IMG/VR virus record: IMGVR_UViG_3300050501_000057
Length of the DNA: 64,000 bases
Reading direction: 5' to 3' (one strand)
From: a virus
The notes under the pieces are model-generated. The model searched no databases, had not been told where the DNA came from, and was given only the letters and a program-made list of their open reading frames with translations. The position numbers and the translations under genes were made by a program. This document shows positions 28,417 to 35,676 of the stretch, piece after piece (position 1 is the stretch's first letter; every line of letters begins with the position of its first letter).

Positions 28417-28620
28417 ATGTTTGAGAAAAGAAAAATAAAAAGACTAGAAGCGGATCTTGCTCGCTTCAATAGAGAGCTATTGAAGTTATGCAATGAGTAC
28501 AACGAGATCGAGGAAGGAAGCGGTCTTTTTAAATCGCTAAAACTTAAAATGAAACGCGCAGAAATAAGAGCGAAACAGCAAGAGGTTGTAAACACGAGAG
28601 CAAAGCTTGGTATGGATTGA
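28417..28620 (+). CDS. Small coiled-coil protein
   Basis: 67 aa, RBS GGGAGGT. Confidence 0.7.
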   Translation: MFEKRKIKRLEADLARFNRELLKLCNEYNEIEEGSGLFKSLKLKMKRAEIRAKQQEVVNTRAKLGMD

Positions 28621-28698
28621 TCAGGTTTCCTTGTCGTCGGAAAAGTACAAAGAAGACGACATCTGATTAAGTGGTCATCTTGGTACCTACATACCACT

Positions 28699-28843
28699 CC
28701 CGCATTGAATACTTCGGGAGTATTCACGTCCGTTGGAGGTTCGAGTCCTCCCGCCTGCGCAGCGCGCGGACGTAGCTCAATGGTAGAGCGCCGGGATTGA
28801 AACCGGAGGGTGACGAAGTTGGTTCAACTCCTAACTATGCGGG
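28699..28843 (+). ncRNA. Second permuted tRNA mimic, opened in the variable region
   Basis: CCCGCAT/ATGCGGG closes a T-arm (GGAGG-TTCGAGT-CCTCC), hairpin acceptor, D-arm (GCTC-AATGGTA-GAGC), anticodon-like arm and a second T-loop hairpin. Confidence 0.7.
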
Positions 28844-29129
28844 TTCAGAATCTTGCGGAGATTATGCGGCGAATAGCGCCGCTAATCTCCGCGTCAAGTT
28901 ATGGGAGTGTTGGTCTGGCGGGTACCGGAGCGAAGTATTTTAGAACCTACTTCGCTTGGTCGCAAAACTCGTGTCATCACTCCCGCCGAATGTAGCGTCA
29001 ACTTTAAAACGAAAGAGAGACGGGTATTAAGCACACTCGTTATGAATCACCGCAAGGCGTGTATCTCTCCGTACACAAGTATTGTGTAAAGCTGTTCGCC
29101 TTGATTGTTGGCGCTACTTGATATTGGTC

Positions 29130-29215
29130 GCCGGTGTTTCCGAGAGTGGCAATCGGAGGCGGTCTGTAAAACCGTCGCGCTTCGGCGCATCAAGGTTCAA
29201 GTCCTTGCACCGGCA
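29130..29215 (+). tRNA. tRNA-Tyr(GTA), long variable arm, no encoded CCA
   Basis: GCCGGTG/CACCGGC acceptor, GCGGT-CTGTAAA-ACCGT anticodon arm, CAAGG-TTCAAGT-CCTTG T-arm. Confidence 0.9.
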
Positions 29216-29480
29216 TTTATGATATTGGGTAAGGGGATTTGTTACGCCGCCTTGTGTTCAAATAACAAAGGTCGCAACTTTGGCGCAAGGGTCGGGGAGT
29301 TCATAGCGTATACGGACTCCCATTGTATAGGTAACTTTCCCCGGCGTGTACGTGGAGAGGATAGCGAAAACGTAGGGGTTGATCACTCTTACTAATTGCG
29401 CGTCGAATGGTCCGAGTGATTTCGACTTAATTTTAGAAGCGTACACGCCTCGCCCACCTTACAACAGAGAGGAAACACCT

Positions 29481-29768
29481 ATGTCTTATGCTGATCATCC
29501 CAAAGATTGTGATTGCGTGAAGTGTGTGGTGGTAGAAACAATTTACAATGAAGTAACTTCAAGGTATGGTCGTAGTTCTGATGGATATAGACAATACGCC
29601 GAGCACCTTATAAGCAGAGTGACCATTGACGATCTCGCCGATATTTACATAATGCGGGAGAACAGAAAACGCGGGAGTACGGATGTTATAGATCGTATGT
29701 CTGCGGCGTGGCGGTCGCTACCAGAAAACGAGAAGATCAAAATACCGGGGTCGTCCCGAAGTCGGTAA
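29481..29768 (+). CDS. Hypothetical protein (HxxxCxCxxC N-terminus)
   Basis: RBS GAGGA before ATG 29481. Confidence 0.7.
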   Translation: MSYADHPKDCDCVKCVVVETIYNEVTSRYGRSSDGYRQYAEHLISRVTIDDLADIYIMRENRKRGSTDVIDRMSAAWRSLPENEKIKIPGSSRSR

Positions 29769-29858
29769 GCGCCGAGAGTAGGGAGCGCGGTTCGCTCAAA
29801 GCTGCGTGATATCAACGACCCCGACCACACAAATAGACAACTAGGAAGGACACCCGAT

Positions 29859-30347
29859 ATGCCAGAACAGATTCCCGCTAGAGGGGCGTATGAAGATTTT
29901 CAAAAAACGGAGGACTACGCTAGAGCTTCTGAGTTTGGTCCAGAAGGTTTCAAGCATATGATGTTCGCCGCAGGTTGGAACGCCGCTCTTCATTGGGTAC
30001 CGATGGAAATCGGTAAAATACGAGAACTTTGTGGATTACCAGGAGGTAGAAGTATGAGTGGTTTTGTAGCAGCGTCGGAATTACTACCGACAGAAAAACA
30101 GATTCTTGAAGACGAAGAGCGGGTCAACTCTTGGGTTGAATCTCTCAACGCCGACACACTTTATGAGGCGTTAGTCGAAAGACTTGCTGAGCGCGTTAAT
30201 ATGGAAGAGTCCGAAATCAAGGCGCTACTTTTGGAGATACACGCCAGGATGAAGACGCTCGAAGAAGTAGGCGTAGAGCTTGAAGACATCGCAAATCAAG
30301 ATTCAGGGGTCGCGGAGAGGATAACACCGGTTGAAACACCCGCGTAG
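29859..30347 (+). CDS. Hypothetical acidic protein
   Basis: 162 aa with RBS AAGGA. Confidence 0.7.
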   Translation: MPEQIPARGAYEDFQKTEDYARASEFGPEGFKHMMFAAGWNAALHWVPMEIGKIRELCGLPGGRSMSGFVAASELLPTEKQILEDEERVNSWVESLNADTLYEALVERLAERVNMEESEIKALLLEIHARMKTLEEVGVELEDIANQDSGVAERITPVETPA

Positions 30348-30407
30348 AGGTCCAACCTTCAGAGTAGCTAGACTATAATGAATTACTAGCATTCCTGACC
30401 CTGATAC

Positions 30408-30452
30408 AAAAGCGCCGCATCAGTCGTTGAGACGTTGCGGCGCTTTTGTTTT
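30408..30452 (+). terminator. Intrinsic terminator-like hairpin
   Basis: AAAAGCGCCGCA...TGCGGCGCTTTTGTTTT. Confidence 0.65.
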
Positions 30453-30479
30453 ACCCGTACACCCCAAGAGGTTCACCCT

Positions 30480-30725
30480 ATGAAGATCGAACTCACCCTC
30501 GATGAAGTCGAAGATATACAAAAGCGACTTATCAAGTTCATCAACAAGGTAGAGAGCAGAAAGGCGAGAAGCGTTGAGACATATAGCGACGCTAAACATA
30601 TCGTCGCCTTACTCGACGCCAAGAAAAACAAATTCATCTCCGGGAGGTTCACCAAATGCCAAGATATGAAGTTGTCTCCGGGGAAATTGACGGAACAAAC
30701 GGAAACACCCCGAAGAAGAAAATAG
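30480..30725 (+). CDS. Hypothetical protein
   Basis: GAGGTTCAC RBS before ATG 30480. Confidence 0.65.
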   Translation: MKIELTLDEVEDIQKRLIKFINKVESRKARSVETYSDAKHIVALLDAKKNKFISGRFTKCQDMKLSPGKLTEQTETPRRRK

Positions 30726-30928
30726 TATGGACGCGGACGCCGTTGAAGGCGGCGTGGCGCGCCCATATAATAGGCGGCGGTAAGAAGATCACCAAAATCT
30801 CTGCGGTAGGTTACGATGACGAAGCTAGGTATTACATATTCCAAGCTGTCACCGACAGGTATGTATCCTTCGCTATTCACGTACAAGAGATTTGGTGGTA
30901 TGACCGCTGGAAGAAGCTATTCACTTAA
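30656..30928 (+). CDS. Hypothetical protein
   Basis: GGAGGTTCAC RBS before the ATG. Confidence 0.65.
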   Translation: MPRYEVVSGEIDGTNGNTPKKKIVWTRTPLKAAWRAHIIGGGKKITKISAVGYDDEARYYIFQAVTDRYVSFAIHVQEIWWYDRWKKLFT

Positions 30929-30935
30929 AGTTTGT

Positions 30936-31012
30936 TGCGGGTGGGAGGCATAGAGTTCTTCTGACGCTCATAACGTCAGCTAAGGTGGGGGCGGTACCCA
31001 CACCCGCAACCA
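30936..31012 (+). tRNA. Atypical tRNA with CAT anticodon (Met/fMet/Ile2), encoded CCA
   Basis: TGCGGGT/ACCCGCA-A-CCA; CTGACG-CTCATAA-CGTCAG; T-stem GTGGG/CCCAC with non-canonical loop GGCGGTA. Confidence 0.75.
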
Positions 31013-31051
31013 ATTTCCAATCACAACACCCACGGAAAGAGGTTTACCCAT

Positions 31052-31960
31052 ATGGCAGAGAAAAGATACAAATCATTCGTTGTTATCGGAGACGATGACG
31101 CAAAGACTACTCGTGAGTTCTTCTACATCGGTTCAGGCGAAAATCGTAGCGCGGAAGCTATGAGACAAGATGCGCTGGACTATTACGAAGAGAATTTCCA
31201 GAATACTTGGTTCCCTGAAATCTCCAATCAGCGGAACTACAACACGAATCCCCAGGAGTTCACCGACAAGGTTGTTGAGCTTCAGCGCACCGGACAGGTC
31301 GAGTACACAAAGATTCCGAAGCTCGGCGAGCGTTGGATCTTCACTCCCGCGACGGAAGAGACGCCGACGAATGACGAGCAGGAGACGGCGACTATCGTAC
31401 CTCCCGCGAGCGTTCAGAATAACGAGTGGTACACTCCCTCGCAAAACGCCGAATTGACGGGTCAAACACTCGGCGCGGAAACCGAAGATGACCGCGTTGG
31501 ACTTCCCGAAGACGAGGATGATTACGAAGATGAAGCGAGAATATTCAGTCCTTCGTTGATGGATATTACGCAATTCAGCGGTACGCCGGGAGACGAGTAC
31601 ATCAGCGGCGACGACCCCGGCGACGAGAACGACGTGCGAGACACTGATGAGTTACCGGTGACTCACCCCGCAGTTGATCACCCCGCTGACCAGGACACTC
31701 CCGATCTCGTACAGCTTATCGGTGGTTTTCACATTGATAACGAGAATAAGGACGCCGATAAGAAGCAGCAAGATCGTCCTGCGGAGACGACGAAGAAGGA
31801 TAGCGGTCAGCTTCCCACTCCTGAAGAGATGGACGCAGAGCTTAGACGCCTGCGGGAGAATCCAAGAACCGACAAGCACACTAACGATGAATTGAAGGCG
31901 ATTCCTGTCGGTACTCCGACAGAGGCGCGCGACTTTCATCATTCCTGTCCGCTTGTCTAG
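31052..31960 (+). CDS. Acidic, largely disordered hypothetical protein
   Basis: 302 aa, D/E/P/T-rich. Confidence 0.75.
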   Translation: MAEKRYKSFVVIGDDDAKTTREFFYIGSGENRSAEAMRQDALDYYEENFQNTWFPEISNQRNYNTNPQEFTDKVVELQRTGQVEYTKIPKLGERWIFTPATEETPTNDEQETATIVPPASVQNNEWYTPSQNAELTGQTLGAETEDDRVGLPEDEDDYEDEARIFSPSLMDITQFSGTPGDEYISGDDPGDENDVRDTDELPVTHPAVDHPADQDTPDLVQLIGGFHIDNENKDADKKQQDRPAETTKKDSGQLPTPEEMDAELRRLRENPRTDKHTNDELKAIPVGTPTEARDFHHSCPLV

Positions 31961-32013
31961 CTTACTCTTTATCGAAGAGTAACAACCAATCAACCTTTTA
32001 CCAAGAGGAATAT

Positions 32014-32655
32014 ATGGGCGACAAAATCTTTCAAAGCTCACAAGGTAAAGACATCAAGGTTCCACGCGTTCAAGAGATCAACAACTCTAACTTCGACGCG
32101 AACATACTCGCTTTGGTTGCTGAAGCTGCGGTAGAGAAAATCATCTCCGCCAACGGCGGGAGCGAAGCGAACCTTATGCCGACCGGTCGCAAACTGATTG
32201 ACAGTATCTATCGCGGATTGGTCAATATCCGTGACGGCGTTCCATTCAGCGCATACGCCAACTACAACGGCGAATTGCAAACGTTGGTTGTGAAGTCGAG
32301 CGGTCGCTCGCGCTTCTACAGCGTCACCGCTGACGGTTGCCAGTGCGAGAGTCAGTCGTACAACGGGTATTGCGTTCACCGCACGACCTTCGGTCTGTTC
32401 AGCGATTACTTCAAGGCGGTTCGCGCCGATGAGGATAGGGCGCGCAAGTACGCTGAACTCGGTATCGAGATTATCGAGGTCACGCGAACTGAATTCCCGA
32501 ACGAAGCTCGGCAGAGTGATCGCTTCACCGATCTTCCCCCGGAGTTGCAAGACCTTTTCGGTTCATTGGTTCCTCCGGGATTCGAGATCGAAGACATTCG
32601 CATTCTACCGGTCGGTCCATCAGGATACGGCGGGACGATGAAGTATCGGGGTTAG
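32014..32655 (+). CDS. SWIM-type zinc-finger protein
   Basis: YSVT..CQC....NGYCVH fits the CxC-xn-CxH pattern. Confidence 0.7.
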   Translation: MGDKIFQSSQGKDIKVPRVQEINNSNFDANILALVAEAAVEKIISANGGSEANLMPTGRKLIDSIYRGLVNIRDGVPFSAYANYNGELQTLVVKSSGRSRFYSVTADGCQCESQSYNGYCVHRTTFGLFSDYFKAVRADEDRARKYAELGIEIIEVTRTEFPNEARQSDRFTDLPPELQDLFGSLVPPGFEIEDIRILPVGPSGYGGTMKYRG

Positions 32656-32669
32656 CTGTTTCTCCCCTT

Positions 32670-32710
32670 GCGGCGCGGTCGGGTAGGTAATTTGACCGCG
32701 CCGCCTTTTT
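32670..32710 (+). terminator. Intrinsic terminator
   Basis: GCGGCGCGGTC..GACCGCGCCGC followed by CTTTTT. Confidence 0.8.
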
Positions 32711-32929
32711 AAGTTCTGGACGCCGTGTAACTACTAACGGTAAGACGTGTTCTCGTTGGTCTTTGTTATCAAAGAAAAGTCAGAGTGCGATGATTTGCTG
32801 TCCTCTTAGCTTTGATTATCTTTGCGGCGTCCGCCAAGTTGACCACCCCTAAACAAAGTAATACGATAGAGAGTAACTAAACCTCTTTCGTATACCGGAT
32901 GTTGTCCTCCTGCATCCGGTCCTTCAGTC

Positions 32930-32967
32930 GGACGGCGCTTCTCAAAGAGCGCCGTCCTTATTTTTTT
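32930..32967 (+). terminator. Intrinsic terminator
   Basis: GGACGGCGCT..AGCGCCGTCC-TTATTTTTTT. Confidence 0.8.
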
Positions 32968-32988
32968 CAGAAAGTGAGGTACACCCGT

Positions 32989-33552
32989 ATGAAACTATCC
33001 TTCAAGCTGATAACTGCGGCGATAATGACCGCAATCCTCATCAAAATTCTTTATGGACAACAACCGGAAGTGTTACAAAATAAGATCACCGGCGAATGGA
33101 AAGAGTTGTCTACCGTTATCATACAAGAGCATCTAGCGAAACATCCTAACTGCGAGTATCAAGGCGCTGTCGAAGTACTCGACAAGCTAAAGGTGTACTT
33201 CTACAAGCGTGGAGATATTTCTCCGCATTTTCGCGCGGTAGCTTTTCCCGCCAAAGACACTGATACACAAATGATCGTGGTCAACATATGGTGCAATTCA
33301 AAGTGGTCTGAATACGACGCTGTACTTATGTACTTGCACGAAGTTCTACACCTGATTTTCAGAAATGGTAATTGGGTGTGTGGACCGGATGGACCTTTGA
33401 ATACCAGACTTGCGCTGGCAAGCGGTAGAGCGCTGTGTCGTTTATTCGGTGAAAGTCAGTATGCTTCATTTCAAGTAACCGAAAGTATAGAAAAACACCT
33501 TAGCGCAGAGCTAAGCACTTTGAATAAGAGGCGCGCTTATGACTCCCGTTGA
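32989..33552 (+). CDS. Putative exported or anchored HExxH metallopeptidase-like protein
   Basis: Hydrophobic N-terminus; YLHEVLHL. Confidence 0.6.
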   Translation: MKLSFKLITAAIMTAILIKILYGQQPEVLQNKITGEWKELSTVIIQEHLAKHPNCEYQGAVEVLDKLKVYFYKRGDISPHFRAVAFPAKDTDTQMIVVNIWCNSKWSEYDAVLMYLHEVLHLIFRNGNWVCGPDGPLNTRLALASGRALCRLFGESQYASFQVTESIEKHLSAELSTLNKRRAYDSR

Positions 33553-34015
33553 TCGTGCGTTCGCTATCGAACACAACAAGAAACAACTCAAGCTCGACAA
33601 GCTACGAGAGCAAGCTCGGCGAGAACTCCCGACGCTTGAGGTAGAAATAAAAGAAATTCGAGAACAGGCGGCGCAGCTTTGGTGGGAAATATGCGAAGCT
33701 GAAGGTTTAACGCCTGAGCAAATACAACGCGGAGAGCGATTGTTTACCAGCGATGAAAACTATGCGCTCGCCGAGAAGTGCGACATCGTAACCAAGCTAT
33801 TCACCGCAAAGCTGAAGAGGTACAAAGTATACTGCGACCTACTCGGCATCAAACCAAATCTCAAAGAAAGAGGTTCACAAAGCAATGAGCGAAATAACAG
33901 CAACGTTGGAGAGGGCGACAAAGGTTCAACCGGTACCCGACTCCGACAACCTAGACCTAATCAACGTCGGCGGGTTCCCGGTCGTGGTGCGGCGCCACAG
34001 CATAGGAGAAAATGA
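33539..34015 (+). CDS. Hypothetical coiled-coil protein
   Basis: 158 aa; C-terminal tail overlaps the ligase gene. Confidence 0.65.
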   Translation: MTPVDRAFAIEHNKKQLKLDKLREQARRELPTLEVEIKEIREQAAQLWWEICEAEGLTPEQIQRGERLFTSDENYALAEKCDIVTKLFTAKLKRYKVYCDLLGIKPNLKERGSQSNERNNSNVGEGDKGSTGTRLRQPRPNQRRRVPGRGAAPQHRRK

Positions 34016-34979
34016 TTTCGTGATCTACTTCCCTCCCGATCTTGAGCTACCGCCGTTCGTCAGTCACTCGCTCGGAGTCATCGAGTACTTGAAGAAATTC
34101 AAGTATGTCAAAGCGGTCAGACTTCGAGGTCAAGTGAGTATGGGTATTGCGCTCCCGCTCAATACTCCCGGATTTGAGAAGCTGATCAGCTACTTTGAAC
34201 AAGAGTACTGGTCTGCGGATCAGCACGGCGAAGGTACTGATGTTGATTGGTACTTCGGTACCAAGCGGTTCGTACCAGTGCTCAATGAGAGCATCAAGAG
34301 ATCAATGGGTCGGGAGATCCAATCTCACCCGCTGTTGTTCAAATATACCGACATCGAGCGATTGGAGAAGCATCGGTATTCTTTCAACGCCGATGAAGAG
34401 GTCGTCATTACCGAGAAGATTCACGGTACTAACGTCCGCATCGCTTGTATTGCGGGTCAAGTGATGGTCGGGAGTCACAACACACAACGCGAGCTACCTG
34501 GAACACCCGACGAAGCGATGAAGAACTTCTATTGGTTCCCGATCTCAATCCCCGGCGTCGAAAGACTGATCAAGGAACTTGGGAAGGATCATCAACAGGT
34601 TATTCTGTTCGGTGAAACCTACGGTAAGGGAGTTCAAGGTGGATTCTCTTACGGGAAAGAAGGACTCGCATTCGCGGCGTTCGATCTGATGCTTGACGGG
34701 AACTACGTTGACTATCCGCGCTTCATTTCGCTGATGACGGATTACGACGTACCTAGCGTTCCCATTGATTACACCGGACCTTACACGGAAGATGTAGTTG
34801 AGCTATTCCGTGACGCTCCATCCTGGTTCACCCGTGATCAAATCAGAGAAGGCGTGGTTATCAAACCGCGCTTCGAGCGCACGCAAGGACGTTTGGGACG
34901 CCTGATACTGAAGGCGATTAACCCGGAGTACTCGGTTCGTAAATCCGCTGGAAAAGTGGAAGATAATCCGATAGTATAG
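33885..34979 (+). CDS. ATP-dependent RNA ligase, DRB0094/Rnl5-like
   Basis: N-terminal OB-like module (DSDNLD..VIYFPPD..VKAVRLRGQVSMG); motif I TEKIHGTN, FGETYG, FDL, REGVVIK, ILKAINPEY. Confidence 0.9.
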   Translation: MSEITATLERATKVQPVPDSDNLDLINVGGFPVVVRRHSIGENDFVIYFPPDLELPPFVSHSLGVIEYLKKFKYVKAVRLRGQVSMGIALPLNTPGFEKLISYFEQEYWSADQHGEGTDVDWYFGTKRFVPVLNESIKRSMGREIQSHPLLFKYTDIERLEKHRYSFNADEEVVITEKIHGTNVRIACIAGQVMVGSHNTQRELPGTPDEAMKNFYWFPISIPGVERLIKELGKDHQQVILFGETYGKGVQGGFSYGKEGLAFAAFDLMLDGNYVDYPRFISLMTDYDVPSVPIDYTGPYTEDVVELFRDAPSWFTRDQIREGVVIKPRFERTQGRLGRLILKAINPEYSVRKSAGKVEDNPIV

Positions 34980-34991
34980 GAGTTGAACATT

Positions 34992-35228
34992 ATGCCGGAC
35001 AGAGCAAGACGAAGAATACGGAAACACTATAGGCGGCGCTCCTGGTCGCCGTATGCGCTGTCCGGCAGACTCCTACAAGACACCAAAGCTCACGACTCCG
35101 CCGACGCTCTCTTACAAGATTACATCGAGGCGACGGCGGTACCTAATAACAACCGTCCACACCGCGCAAACAAGGAAGAAAAACAACACAGACGCTTCCG
35201 CGATTGGTGGTCGTGGGCGTGTGAATAA
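34992..35228 (+). CDS. Small basic protein
   Basis: ATG 34992 after AGGAG; Arg-rich. Confidence 0.45.
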   Translation: MPDRARRRIRKHYRRRSWSPYALSGRLLQDTKAHDSADALLQDYIEATAVPNNNRPHRANKEEKQHRRFRDWWSWACE

Positions 35229-35243
35229 CGAAACGAGGTTTAT

Positions 35244-35543
35244 ATGGCAAAAAAGAAAACTGGAAGTTCGCCGACAGCGGAAGAAAATCGGCGCACAGCG
35301 CGAAAGACGCAGATTCCGGGAGGTAAACCGGGAGAGCGTTTCACAGGTACCAAACAAGCGCGACAGGGAGGTATGTACCTTCCGACCGCTGAACAGAAGG
35401 CGGTGAATAAACGCCAGCAAGAGAAAGTTGATTTGAAGTCAACACGTCCGCAGGTTCCGATACAGAAGCGCGCTAACGAAGCTATCGAGCGAGAAAAGCG
35501 TGGCGACAAAGGCGGTAGCGGTCGCGGCGGACGCCGTAGCTAG
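35244..35543 (+). CDS. Small basic disordered protein
   Basis: 99 aa, K/R/G-rich, RBS GAGGT. Confidence 0.65.
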   Translation: MAKKKTGSSPTAEENRRTARKTQIPGGKPGERFTGTKQARQGGMYLPTAEQKAVNKRQQEKVDLKSTRPQVPIQKRANEAIEREKRGDKGGSGRGGRRS

Positions 35544-35617
35544 AATTATCGCGCAGCGCGCCCCTCACCGGGCGCGCAAGCGCGTCTTTTACCCCTCAAC
35601 ACAACACCTCAATTAGT

Positions 35618-35650
35618 TAGGGCGGAGCAATAGCTCCGCCCTATATTTTT
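35618..35650 (+). terminator. Intrinsic terminator
   Basis: TAGGGCGGAGC-AATA-GCTCCGCCCTA-TATTTT. Confidence 0.7.
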
Positions 35651-35676
35651 ACCCGCGCAAAATGGAGGATCACACA

